Source of the DNA: a virus
Taxonomy: Duplodnaviria; Caudoviricetes
Reading direction: 5' to 3' (one strand)
Length of the DNA stretch: 64,000 nt
Virus record (IMG/VR): IMGVR_UViG_3300021387_001774
Span: 64,001-128,000 of that record
Part shown: positions 10,099 through 21,600 of the stretch, one piece after another
Position numbering within the stretch: the first letter of the stretch is position 1
Layout of the letters: the number at the start of each line of letters is the position of its first letter
Translations under genes and position numbers: made by a program
The notes under the pieces: generated by a model
Database searches by the model: none
Told to the model about the DNA's origin: nothing
Seen by the model: only the letters and a program-made list of their open reading frames with translations

Positions 10099-11457
10099 TT
10101 AAACCGTTTCTTCAGGTCTTTTAATTATATTAAAATCTTTAACTTCATCACCATCTTTATAAGCAGTACCTTTAAGATACTTACCATTATCACACAATTT
10201 CCACCAAGCTTTATTCTCGACAGAATACAATGTAATAAGATCGATAATTACTTGTTGACGAAGACGAATGAAGTGAGTCTTAATATTCTTAATTTTTAAA
10301 ATCATTTTAGTAATTGTATCATAATTCGAAATTTTTGATTTAGCTTCAGGTGTCTCTTGATCCAAATATTTATTAATTTCTGCAATAATTGTTTTACTCA
10401 TTTCAGTAATTAGTTTATGATCTTTTTTAGCTAATTCTTTATATTCTTTAAGAGTAGTTTCAAGTTTTTCTATATAACCACCTTTACCAACAACTTTCTG
10501 AGACATTTCGTAATATTCTTGGAAATATTGGTCGAGTTTGGCATAATTCAAATTATTTCCACTTCCTGTACTACCTTTAAAATAATTATGAATTAACATT
10601 TTTTCTCTAACTACTGCCGGACTTCCAAATACAATCATATGTGCAATTTCATCAACTTTTCCATTTCTTACAATATCGTCTAGAGTAAGTTGACTACCAA
10701 CCATATACAATGTAATTCCTGCTCCAGCTCGAGCTCCATCTGCTGGTCCAGCTTCATTAACAAGAATACCTGATGCATAAAGATTATCTACAGCATTTTT
10801 AAGTATACCTAATTTTCTAGTTTCATCATCTATAACTTTTGGATTAGATGGATTTAGCTTTGTAGCTTCATCGATTACAGTTTTAAAATACTCCAAACTA
10901 GCAGCAGAAGTTCTACTACTTTTAATTTTCAAACTACAGAATTTTTCAATATTGGGTCTAGTTAAAAGTCTATAAATAAGACTGTGATCATACTCTATAT
11001 TTCCAATATTAAGAGTTTGAATAGATTCTCCACCAGTAATCATATTTAATAAAATGTTACTATGAGTATTATTGAATCCTTTAAGACCACCATCTTTTTC
11101 AAACATCTTAAAGATAGAATTCATTTGAACTCTTTTCTTTTGTATGAAAATAATAACAGTCTTAATAAGAGAAACAACAAGTTCTATAATTTTAGAGAAA
11201 ATACTTACAAGGAAAGTCCAAATTTTTAAAAAGAATTCTTTAATTTTTGTTCCAAAAGTCTTTTTATCTTCTACCTTCTCATCTTCAGTAGATCTCATTC
11301 TATATGATTTTTTGAGAAAAGCTACATTTTCATAAAAGTTTTCTCTAGTCTGTTCCAATTTTTTAGAAGTAGTTGTAATACTACTAAAGCATTCCAAACT
11401 ATCATTCAAAAATTCTTCAAATGATAGATGTACATATTCTGTATTTGAAGCAACCAT
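10099..11457 (-). CDS. Putative internal head (ejection) protein
   Basis: S-T-E followed by the amphipathic KIKEFFLKIWTFLVSIFSKII helix typical of phiKZ-like internal head proteins; in a late operon. Confidence 0.6.
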   Translation of the reverse strand: MVASNTEYVHLSFEEFLNDSLECFSSITTTSKKLEQTRENFYENVAFLKKSYRMRSTEDEKVEDKKTFGTKIKEFFLKIWTFLVSIFSKIIELVVSLIKTVIIFIQKKRVQMNSIFKMFEKDGGLKGFNNTHSNILLNMITGGESIQTLNIGNIEYDHSLIYRLLTRPNIEKFCSLKIKSSRTSAASLEYFKTVIDEATKLNPSNPKVIDDETRKLGILKNAVDNLYASGILVNEAGPADGARAGAGITLYMVGSQLTLDDIVRNGKVDEIAHMIVFGSPAVVREKMLIHNYFKGSTGSGNNLNYAKLDQYFQEYYEMSQKVVGKGGYIEKLETTLKEYKELAKKDHKLITEMSKTIIAEINKYLDQETPEAKSKISNYDTITKMILKIKNIKTHFIRLRQQVIIDLITLYSVENKAWWKLCDNGKYLKGTAYKDGDEVKDFNIIKRPEETV

Positions 11458-11466
11458 AAAAGTCTC

Positions 11467-13062
11467 CTAAAGTAAATTTCCTGGAACTTTTAATGTTTCA
11501 GGATCTTGATATAATTTATCTTTATTGGTTTTACAACCATTTTGATACAATTCTATAGTTCGCCTATTTAAGAAATAGTTTAGTTTTTTAGGACCTCCCC
11601 ATAACCCATAAAAAGCGTCTATATGATCAGTATATTCGATCCAATAATTTTTATTACCATGAATATGACCATGTAGATTTATTGTACCTGGTTTAGTAAC
11701 TATTGGACCATGTGATAAACAGAATCCTTTTAATAAAATAGGATCTTTATATACTTCGATGAATCCACATTTCTTTAAGAATTCTTCACTACATACATCG
11801 TTATTACCAACAATCATAATCTTTCGACCATGTAATAATCTACAAGTTTCAATCAATTCTTGTTGGGCTTTCTTATCATTTTCTGTAAAGAATTCTGATT
11901 CACTTAAATCTCCCAAAAATAAGAAAAGATCATTAGGTTTAACTACTTCATTATGCATTTGAATTATTTTCTTTGTAAATTCCATAGTTCCTTCAGCTTT
12001 TCTAAGTTCTTTAAGTAAGTGATAATCTGTAGAAACCCAAGGATTTAATTTTTCTACTTTATAAATAAGTTTATTTGGTTCTACATAAAATTTGAACTGG
12101 TTCTTTGGTGTTATTTGTTTGAAGAATAATGTTAATGATTCTCCAATAATATCCATTAGTTCATTGAGAATAATTGATGTAATATAAATTCTTTTAGTAA
12201 TAAATGTAATATTTTCCATCTGTTCTTCATTACATGCTGGTATAGTTTTCTTTAATTTGATACCATTATCATATGTAAATTTAGAAACATCTATATCTTT
12301 TAGAACTATATAAATATCATTTAAAGCTAAAACCATAGCTTTTATATTATCCCAGCTTTTAAATATTTTAGAAATAGAAACAAAATTTTCTTCTTTTATT
12401 CCTAATCTTTTTAATACAATACTTGTATTTTCTTTATTTGTAAATAATGTAGAATTTTGCTCATTAGTTAATGTTAGATTAACATTAGAGAAATCCAAAT
12501 TAACTAATGTATTTATAAAATTCATATATAGTAGACCAAAAGTCTTTATATCACAATTAAAGAAACTATATCTAGATTTTGAATCATAACAATTTTTATT
12601 TGAGGAACGAACTTCTGCATTAACTAAATTTTTATAAATAGTTTCTGCAGTATCTAATAATTCATTATCGATATCAGTAGTATTATTATAATAGAAACAA
12701 GACATAATCATTTTAAATTTAGATCTTATTTCTGTAAGAGAATCATAAGTATGATTAATAAGAGATTTGGCCCATTTAGTACTTTCTACAAAATGAGGTT
12801 TCTCTATACTACCAGCAGCTTCTCTAGATCCAATTTCTGGAGTAGTATCTACACCATTTCCAGTAGTATCAGGATTAGGATAATGAGTTTTATATACTAT
12901 AGAATATTTATCCGTAGGTCTACCGTCTTCAGTATATCTGGTTTCTTCTTCAATTTCTTCTTCTTTTTCTACAAGGATCATATCGTTTGATGGAAATCTA
13001 GAATTCTTATTTGTATTTATATCTACATTATCTAGACCAATATCGTTAAAAAGGTTATCCAT
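11467..13062 (-). CDS. Calcineurin-like metallophosphoesterase fused to a long N-terminal, probably virion-targeting, region
   Basis: C-terminal motifs STDYH, LGDLS, VGNND, LSHGP, HGHIHG; late promoter at 13087-13098; acidic N-terminus with S-R-E and S-I-E. Confidence 0.8.
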   Translation of the reverse strand: MDNLFNDIGLDNVDINTNKNSRFPSNDMILVEKEEEIEEETRYTEDGRPTDKYSIVYKTHYPNPDTTGNGVDTTPEIGSREAAGSIEKPHFVESTKWAKSLINHTYDSLTEIRSKFKMIMSCFYYNNTTDIDNELLDTAETIYKNLVNAEVRSSNKNCYDSKSRYSFFNCDIKTFGLLYMNFINTLVNLDFSNVNLTLTNEQNSTLFTNKENTSIVLKRLGIKEENFVSISKIFKSWDNIKAMVLALNDIYIVLKDIDVSKFTYDNGIKLKKTIPACNEEQMENITFITKRIYITSIILNELMDIIGESLTLFFKQITPKNQFKFYVEPNKLIYKVEKLNPWVSTDYHLLKELRKAEGTMEFTKKIIQMHNEVVKPNDLFLFLGDLSESEFFTENDKKAQQELIETCRLLHGRKIMIVGNNDVCSEEFLKKCGFIEVYKDPILLKGFCLSHGPIVTKPGTINLHGHIHGNKNYWIEYTDHIDAFYGLWGGPKKLNYFLNRRTIELYQNGCKTNKDKLYQDPETLKVPGNLL

Positions 13063-13114
13063 TTAAAAACTCCAAATAGTCAGGTATATAGATATGTTTT
13101 TGGAATAATATAAA

Positions 13115-13146
13115 AATAAGAGTGGTAACTTAATACCACTCTTATA
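13115..13146. terminator. Intrinsic terminator
   Basis: Stem ataagagtggta/taccactcttat. Confidence 0.75.
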
Positions 13147-13150
13147 TATT

Positions 13151-16100
13151 TTAATAAGAACCATCTTCATCAGAATTCATAAACTCTACACTATCATAAT
13201 AGTGTTCTCGTTTATATTCTGGAGAATTTTTATCGATTGTGATCTGATTACCATCACGATCATAATCTACTAAACCATAAATCTTAATATTATCACCTTT
13301 ATATCTAGCAAGAGCATTATAATATTCTTCTATATTACCATTAAATCTTATATTATTTAAGAAGTCAAGTATAATAGAATCGATAGCTTTAGTATCACCC
13401 ATATCAAATTCACGTTTTGCTTCAGCATGAGTTAGAAGTTCGGTATACAAAGCAGACTTTCTCTGCATATCTCTACTGAAAGCTTCCATTTGATTCATAA
13501 TACCAAATATATCTACAAAGTTTCTATTTTCTTGTAAGAATTCTTCTATAGGTGTTTGATATGGTAACAATTGAGAGAATTTATGGATATTATCCAAAAT
13601 GTATCTAGCTTTATTCAAAGGATTACTTGTACTATTTAATTTATTTATAAACGTTTCATCTGAAACGGTCATTAATACTGATCTAAGTGTTTTACCATTT
13701 ACAGTAATATTCATAAGTTTTTCATTTAAAACAGATGATAAAATGAATGAATCCAAACCATTTTCAATCATCATTATGATAAAATCAGTAAGTGCAGTCA
13801 ATTTATCACTAACTATGTAACTTATAAGTTGTTGTAAGACGTATTCATGTAATGGGTAAATAAATGCATCTACATCGTAATTTACCATATCTAAGTTCAT
13901 CAATAGATCTGAACGTTCAGCACCAATGAACATCTTATTAGACTCTTTATCAAATGCTATACCACTATAATCACCATATGTAATATTAGTTTTAGGAATT
14001 TCTGTAAAATCATAAGAAGTAGATTTTAATCCGCAAACTTTAATTCCCATATTAGTATTTTTAGTAGACAACGCAAAATATCGTTTACTTGAACAACCAA
14101 GGATCCAATATCCAGCAGCTATATTAGTTTCAGTAAATACTCCATTATTATAAACTCTTATACCAAGAGGTTCATCAAAGTTAGTAGCAAAGAGTTTATT
14201 ATTTAAGTAATACATTTTCCATCCAGTCTTTTCGATATCGTTTTCATTCATCAAAGGAGTAAAGTTATTATTATCTACTCTATAAAGGCCTTTAACATTA
14301 TTGAATTTCCAATATACTGTTTCATTAGGATCAAATACATAATATTCACCATTTGAAATATCTTTTGTACTATCGAAATCATATATCGTATTAGTTTCAA
14401 TAACTTTATTATAATTTTTATTATCTCCGCTATCATGAACTAAGAAATTTCTTGGTGTAAGACGCATCAATGTAACATTATTGAAAGCTTTTAATTTTGT
14501 ATTATTTTCTACTTCTAATTCAAGCTGTTCTGGATATATATACATTTGAGATTCACTAGTAACTTGACCAGCAGATGTATGTAAACTAGTAACAAATGTA
14601 GCATTATATTCACCATCATTACGTATATAATGAATAGAATCTTTAGACACATAATTCGGAATAACCAATCCTGGTATATCACGTAATGGATTAGATTCTG
14701 TATAATGTGTCAATGTTGTAGCATTTGTAGAATCAGTTGAAGAATATATCTTTAAGCCATTACTATGTGTACCAAGGAATACATAATAAGCTGTAGAACT
14801 CTTTGTTTTAGTAACTTCCACAGTAATCGTAGTATTAGTCACTGGATCTTTTTGTTGTTCTTGTACTTGACCGGTTACTGTAACAGTACGAGTTGTTTCA
14901 GCCACATATGTAAATCTATCGGTCAAATTTAATATAGAAAATTGTTTACTTCTATTTACAAATACAGGATTACCTACATTACTTGTTGGATATATTACGT
15001 GACCAAAATAATTACATTTCTGGATAAACCATCCATCACCATTATTTGTAACAGCTAAGAATGATCCATTATTCCAACGTCTGAGGCCATTATTATTCTT
15101 ACCAAGCAATAAGATTACACTATAAGCATCAATACCTTTAACTTCCCAGTTACTATAATCTTTTATACCTGTAGATTCAATTCTATTTCCTGTCCAATAA
15201 TATAATTCATCTGTATCTCTAACAAAGAAAACTACACCATAGAATTCAAATATATCTATCCAATTACCATCAGAAATATTAGTATTGATTACTTCTGACT
15301 TATCAGAATTAAGACGTTTTATACCATTGTTTTTAGTGTTTTCAGTTCCACCAAAGAACATTCCTCTAGTAGAATTAAATATAACTTTCCAGTCTCCAGT
15401 TATTACATTTGTATACTGAAGTCTTTCTAAGTTTTCATTATAACCAAAAATACCAAACTTATCAAATCCTTCAAATCTTGTAGTAAGTTTATCTTTATAA
15501 GGATAGAACATTTTATAGTCTAATCTACTTCTATCGTTAATTCCTTTCAAGAAATTAATTTCATTCCAATAGTAAGATTTAAGATAAGTTTTCAAGAATT
15601 CTTTATCATATTCTAATAAAGATTTTACAAATCCTATATCAGAAATTTCTCTAGCAAACATACTCATACAAAGATAGAAAAGATTAGCTATTGTATCTTT
15701 TTCAGCTATCTCATCTAGCTTCATAGCTTTAGAAGCCACATAAGATTTATAGATAAATACTAATACTTTAATATTCTCTAATAGAGATTCCTTTGTAGAA
15801 CTATTGAAAAGTTTAATCAAACCTGTTGGTTCAGTAATATCTGAAGCAGCAAATACGTAAGAAGATAATTCTAAGAAAGAATGAGAAATACTTGCATTAG
15901 CAATGCTTTTCTTATTCATGAAATTATAGAAATATGTTAACCATTTTATGATTGTATCTCTCATAGTAGTCATAGGAATATTAGCTGCATATCTTATGAT
16001 TGCTATAATTTCTTGATTAATAGCTGGATTAGCATCCAAGAATGCATCCATTTCACTTACTGTAGTAGGATTAGAAACATTTACTGATCCAGGAGTTATT

Positions 16101-17986
16101 GGAACACCATTTTCATCAGTAGCAACAGGAAGATCGCTATTAGATGGATCTACTTGGAAAGTTAATGCTCCTAATGCATTCTTTATATCGTCTATATTTT
16201 TAGCAGGATCTAATAAAAATCCTTCCATTTTTTGTGTATAATCATAGGCGGTTCGATCTATAGCATCCTGAAGATCAAACATTGCTTGAACACCCATGGA
16301 AGCACCTATAATACCTTTAGCCTTATCAAGTGATGCTTTAAGTGTCGTCATCGTCGGAATTTTGCACCTCTGGTAAAAGGCTTCATTAACCATACGATTA
16401 TTACCAAATATAGCATTAGAAGAAAGATAAATATAAATCTCTTTAATATTTTTATTATTTAATGTTATATATTCTGTATCGTCATATAAGAATGCTTTAG
16501 CTGAAGCACCTACTGCTCCAGTTACTTTTTTCTTATACTTTACACTTTCTGGAAGATCATTTTGTTTAGGATATCTATTACGTGATACTTTGTAAACTTC
16601 TGTAGATCCACCTTTGATAGCTGCTGATGATAGAACACCATATCTATCCATTTGAGTTTTACTCATATTGGCTCTAAGTGTTTCTATCTTTTCATTTACT
16701 TTGAGACGAGCTTTTTCAGAATCACTAATATAATCTTTAGAAAGATCATAGATATCACTATTCATCTGAGCTTCAAACATAGCATTTTGTGCTTGTTCTT
16801 TAAGTGCAGCTTTATCATTATTTACATTCTCTAAGTATCGTTTATCAGATTCTGTAGTTTGATGTGATTTAAAATCAGGCATCATAGTTTTACAATCACC
16901 TTCAGAGAATGCAAAACGTTTATTATATTTATCATCAGTAGATCCAAAATACTTTGGTAATAAATAATCTCCTGGAAGATCTTTAAAGAATTTCTCTATC
17001 TTAGAAACAGTTACGTATGTATATGAATTAATAATGAGAACTGCTAAGTTAGATACAATCATTTCTTCCATACTAGATATATCATTATCTAACTGATTTA
17101 CTACTGATAAATTATCTAAATAATCGTCTCTTTTTGTATAATCATCAGGATAAGCATCTTTTATATAATTTATAGTATTTAAATAATTTAAACGTTCTCC
17201 TTTATATTCTTCTATAGAAGCTATAACCTTTTTATAAATATAAAAAAGATTATCTGCACAAGAATTAGTAGAACAGTTAACTATATCACTTTCAAGATAT
17301 TTATATTCTTTATTGTATTTTATTCCATATTGACTATCAATAAATTCTAGAGTATGTACCCAGTCTCTAGAAAGAGCCATATTACGAATATAATGCTTAT
17401 CATAAGCTAAGTCAGCTCCAGCTTTATATAAAGCTTTAATAGTTTCACAGAATACTTTATCAGGAATAAATAAAGAAGAAACTAAGTTCTTAGTAAAATC
17501 TTCTATAATATTACTGATATAATTTATTGCTGCGTTCTCCAATTGTTTTATAGTATCGTTTAACATAGTCTTTAAAAGATTAGTTAAACTACCTAATTTA
17601 GAACCTAAGAAACCATTAAGTTTATTTAATAAACCATCTAGACCAGGTATTTTACCTAATAAACCAGAAGCTAATGTATTAAGTTTTGCTATACCATCTG
17701 ATAAGAATGTACCTACTTTTCCACTAACAGAAGAAGCTAAGTTTTTAGCTTTATCCTGTAGCGATGCAGCAGAAATTCCTCCAGACATAATACTATTTAC
17801 AAAACCAGACTTACCTTTTTCAGTTTCTTCTACTTCGTTATCATATAAAGATAAAGTATTATTAAATGGTTTCGCAGGATCAAATGCTCCACCAACACCT
17901 GGTAAATTACTCCCTATACTTGAAATCGTGTTGGAGCTACCAAGGTTTAAATTACTAACATCAAATGAAATGGGATTATCAGCCAT
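13151..17986 (-). CDS. Large virion protein with beta-propeller-like repeats (baseplate/tail associated)
   Basis: Repeats TNVITGDW, TNISDGNW, TNIAAGYW, TNITYGDY; late promoter at 18006-18017. Confidence 0.55.
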   Translation of the reverse strand: MADNPISFDVSNLNLGSSNTISSIGSNLPGVGGAFDPAKPFNNTLSLYDNEVEETEKGKSGFVNSIMSGGISAASLQDKAKNLASSVSGKVGTFLSDGIAKLNTLASGLLGKIPGLDGLLNKLNGFLGSKLGSLTNLLKTMLNDTIKQLENAAINYISNIIEDFTKNLVSSLFIPDKVFCETIKALYKAGADLAYDKHYIRNMALSRDWVHTLEFIDSQYGIKYNKEYKYLESDIVNCSTNSCADNLFYIYKKVIASIEEYKGERLNYLNTINYIKDAYPDDYTKRDDYLDNLSVVNQLDNDISSMEEMIVSNLAVLIINSYTYVTVSKIEKFFKDLPGDYLLPKYFGSTDDKYNKRFAFSEGDCKTMMPDFKSHQTTESDKRYLENVNNDKAALKEQAQNAMFEAQMNSDIYDLSKDYISDSEKARLKVNEKIETLRANMSKTQMDRYGVLSSAAIKGGSTEVYKVSRNRYPKQNDLPESVKYKKKVTGAVGASAKAFLYDDTEYITLNNKNIKEIYIYLSSNAIFGNNRMVNEAFYQRCKIPTMTTLKASLDKAKGIIGASMGVQAMFDLQDAIDRTAYDYTQKMEGFLLDPAKNIDDIKNALGALTFQVDPSNSDLPVATDENGVPITPGSVNVSNPTTVSEMDAFLDANPAINQEIIAIIRYAANIPMTTMRDTIIKWLTYFYNFMNKKSIANASISHSFLELSSYVFAASDITEPTGLIKLFNSSTKESLLENIKVLVFIYKSYVASKAMKLDEIAEKDTIANLFYLCMSMFAREISDIGFVKSLLEYDKEFLKTYLKSYYWNEINFLKGINDRSRLDYKMFYPYKDKLTTRFEGFDKFGIFGYNENLERLQYTNVITGDWKVIFNSTRGMFFGGTENTKNNGIKRLNSDKSEVINTNISDGNWIDIFEFYGVVFFVRDTDELYYWTGNRIESTGIKDYSNWEVKGIDAYSVILLLGKNNNGLRRWNNGSFLAVTNNGDGWFIQKCNYFGHVIYPTSNVGNPVFVNRSKQFSILNLTDRFTYVAETTRTVTVTGQVQEQQKDPVTNTTITVEVTKTKSSTAYYVFLGTHSNGLKIYSSTDSTNATTLTHYTESNPLRDIPGLVIPNYVSKDSIHYIRNDGEYNATFVTSLHTSAGQVTSESQMYIYPEQLELEVENNTKLKAFNNVTLMRLTPRNFLVHDSGDNKNYNKVIETNTIYDFDSTKDISNGEYYVFDPNETVYWKFNNVKGLYRVDNNNFTPLMNENDIEKTGWKMYYLNNKLFATNFDEPLGIRVYNNGVFTETNIAAGYWILGCSSKRYFALSTKNTNMGIKVCGLKSTSYDFTEIPKTNITYGDYSGIAFDKESNKMFIGAERSDLLMNLDMVNYDVDAFIYPLHEYVLQQLISYIVSDKLTALTDFIIMMIENGLDSFILSSVLNEKLMNITVNGKTLRSVLMTVSDETFINKLNSTSNPLNKARYILDNIHKFSQLLPYQTPIEEFLQENRNFVDIFGIMNQMEAFSRDMQRKSALYTELLTHAEAKREFDMGDTKAIDSIILDFLNNIRFNGNIEEYYNALARYKGDNIKIYGLVDYDRDGNQITIDKNSPEYKREHYYDSVEFMNSDEDGSY

Positions 17987-18046
17987 TGTTATACTCCATA
18001 AAATATATAAACTTGTCGTCCTTTAAGAAAATGAAAAAAAACAGGT

Positions 18047-18136
18047 TAATTATATATTATATTAATGAGTGTGTTACACTTATTATTAATTATATTATCG
18101 AAGTAGAGATGATACTACTATAAACATAAGGAAGAA
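18047..18136 (+). repeat. Family-2 promoter plus structured 5' leader, copy 1
   Basis: tatattatattaatga, hairpin, then gaagtagagatgatactactataaacataagg; also at 26518-26614 (+) and 62964-63058 (-). Confidence 0.9.
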
Positions 18137-18637
18137 ATGAAAATGACTAAAGAAGAAAGAAAAGAACGTAAGAGAAAATATGATAAGAAATATTATGAAT
18201 CTCATAAAGATGAAAAGAAGAAATTTTATAAGGAACATAAAGATGAACTTAACGAAAAAAGTAAGATGTATTATGAGACTCATAAAGATGAAAGGAAAAA
18301 GTATTATGAGACTCATAAAGACGAGTATAATGAAAGATCTAAAAAGTATAAAGAGATCCATAAAGAAGAAAAGAGAGAATATTCAAAGAAGTATTATGAA
18401 TCTCATAAAAATGAAATAAAAGAAAGATCTAAAAAATATAATAAGATCCATAACGAAGAAAGAAAAGAGTATTATAAGAAGTATTATGAAACTCATAAAG
18501 AAGAAAGGAAGAAATATCGTGAGGCTCATAAAGAAGCAAGAAAAAAGCATAATAAAAAGTATTATGAAACGCATAAAGATGAGCTTAAAGAAAAAAGGAA
18601 GAAGTATCGTGAGGCTCATAAAAAAGAAACAGTTTAA
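18137..18637 (+). CDS. K/E/Y/H-rich repeat protein (KKYYETHKEE repeats)
   Basis: 11- and 15-aa repeats; paralog of 62454-62963. Confidence 0.8.
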   Translation: MKMTKEERKERKRKYDKKYYESHKDEKKKFYKEHKDELNEKSKMYYETHKDERKKYYETHKDEYNERSKKYKEIHKEEKREYSKKYYESHKNEIKERSKKYNKIHNEERKEYYKKYYETHKEERKKYREAHKEARKKHNKKYYETHKDELKEKRKKYREAHKKETV

Positions 18638-18657
18638 GTGTCTTCCTCAAAATTAGA

Positions 18658-18695
18658 ATAAAGATGGGGAATACATCCCCATCTTTATTTTTTTT
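18658..18695. terminator. Bidirectional terminator
   Basis: Stem ataaagatgggga/tccccatctttat between convergent genes. Confidence 0.8.
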
Positions 18696-21600
18696 TTATT
18701 TTGTTAATACATTCATAAGAACTTTAAGTGAATTATCCTTTATCTTAATCAAAGATTTATGGAATAATTTACTTGTTTTATCCGTAGATGTATAAGATCT
18801 AGCATGACTTATTACATCTTGAATAATAGTTCTTATTCTCTTTGTGAAATATTCTAATTCTAGTTTAAAGTTTACCATCATAGATTTCAAGAAATAAGGA
18901 ATGTCTGAGAAGAAATCATAAGTAGTTTCTTTCAAGAAATAGTCCTTATCTGGATCGAATTCACCACCAAGTTTTATCATATATTCTTCATCAACTAATA
19001 TTACAAAATCCTCAAGAGTACCATTTGTACTAGTTATTTCAAAATATGTAGAATCAGTAAATTCTAATACACCTTCGATAGGTTCTATATAATTACCTGT
19101 TGGTGTTATTATACCATTCTCATTTTTATAAACTTGAATTTTATTATCATTTTCTTTCACAAGCATTAAATAATAATTTCTTTCGTGTAAAGTTTTATCT
19201 ATACTTAATATAGGTTTATCAAAATTATTTAATTTATAATCATAATCATAAATTTTATGAGTATTATCATCAATTGATGCATCGATATAATTGTCTTCTA
19301 TATCTACATATTTAAATAAATTACTTATTTTTCCATCTTCATCAAAATTGTTTACACCATATTTTAATACACTTCTATCATTTGCTAATGAACCGGAAAT
19401 ATTTAAATTGAATATAGCGAATCTTGATCCTGTGCTACTCATTAATTGTGAACTTGGATCAGTTTCCATAATATCATATTTTATTACAAACCGTATATAA
19501 TCGTTATTATTAATGGTATATTTTCCAACATATCGTGAAAATCCATAAGTTAATTCATGCATTGGTATTGATGGATCTTGATCATCAGCTGTAGGATTAT
19601 CGCTATTAATATTAAAACTATAAAATTTTTGTAATTTTGGTGTATCTATTGTATCATTTTCGTTTGGAGAATCATAATAAACAAAGTTTATATTATTTTC
19701 CGAATTTTTATAAGCTAAAAAACATCTATTAATTTCGTCTTTATACGCAAATATAATACTATCTGGTAAAGAATCTGAATATTCCTTTGGTAACATTATA
19801 AGTTGGTTCGAATTATTTAAAGTATAAAAAATACTTTTTCCACTCATTGTATAATCTTGTGTATTTGTTGTTATACAGTGTAGTATTAAACAACCAGTAT
19901 TAATTCCATCTTTTGTTTCTATTAAATCTTTATAGTCAAAAACTGTTGGATCATCAAACCCGTTTATTTTAATAAAATCTTTTTCAGTACAATCTATAAC
20001 ATCTGGATCAGAAATACCTTTAAAACCACTATATCTATAAGTTGAAGTATATTGATTTAATGTGCCCTCTATTTTATTAAATTTCTTATTAAACATGTAA
20101 ACTTCTGTTTTTTGATGTGGAGCTTCGGTTTCTGTATAATCTATACTTATAATCGTTGTGTCAGAATCAATATTAGAATATTTTTTATTATAATTATCAT
20201 CAAAAGTTGGGCTATTAATTGATGGAGCTATATCTGTACACTTTTTGAGGTCTCTTGTAGAATAATCATAATAATAAATTTGAAATTTATTTTTATCTGG
20301 ACCATCTTTAGTTATTTGATTACTAAAGAAAACATTGTCACCAAACATATAAACTTCATGAACGGTATCTTCGTTATTTGGAATTAACGTTATTGGAGCC
20401 CATGTTTGATCTTCATTCTTTAGATAATCAATTATTAACCCATCATCAAAAACAAACAATTTACCATTTGAATATTCTAGTTCAGAATCACCACCAACAT
20501 TGACACTAAATAACAATACTGGTTCATCGACTCCTTCTTCGAATCTATACATGTTCATACCAGTTTCGGTTTTTGTTTTAAGATATGTATAAGTTTTACC
20601 ACTATAAATATCTCTACCTGAACATAATGAATCACCACTAACAAGTGTATGAATCAATTTAGAACCAAATGTAGCTTTCACATATTCATTAGTATTTATT
20701 TCACCAACTTGAGACTTAGTATAATAATCCATATCTGGTTTAAAATCATTTTCTTTACCATCTGGATTTTGTGTATAATATGCTCCAATCCAAGAATCAA
20801 TAGTTCTAAAAGCTAAATCATAAGTAGATTCATAATATGTTATGCTTGGATCAAAATTTTTCTTTAAGTAATATTCTTTTCCTTCAACAAATGTTATTAC
20901 TCCAGGTTCTGGATTAAGTAGATAACCATTATCTGTTGATGCTAATATTTCATCATCATTTTCATCTGTAGTATAATAATCAAAAACATTTGATTCATAT
21001 TCAGTAACTATTAAATGAGCATCTGGATCATCTACTAAATCTTTCAATGATATTGCAGTATAATCATCATTATTTGAAGTATCTCCATAACAAACAAAAT
21101 ATTTACCATTGTTGATCTTATCTATATTTGGAGTAGTATCAGCTGTTTCAGAGAATCGAATATTCGTCTTATCAAAATCATCTTCATCAGCTTGTTCATA
21201 TCTATTTTGTCTATGTATATAGAAATTACCTACAGTATCTGGAGTAACAGTAGCTTCATCGATATTTACTTGTGTATATAATGTGTTTATAAAATCTTCA
21301 TCAGTACATAATACATATTCAACACCAGAATAATCATACACCTTTTTATTGTATGTGTAACCATCAGAGAATATCTTATTATTATCTGTACCGTCTTCTA
21401 ATGAATCATAAGGTTTCTCTATCCAAATACCACCATCAAAGATATAATATACGTCTCCTTCTTGAGGACCGTTATTGATCTCTTCTTGAGTAAGCGGAAC
21501 ATATGATTCGGTAGGTGTTCCATTCATTTTATAATATTCTACTCCAGGTTGTTTACCAGAACTCTTATCAAGAAGCTTATTAAATACATCTTTCATTACT

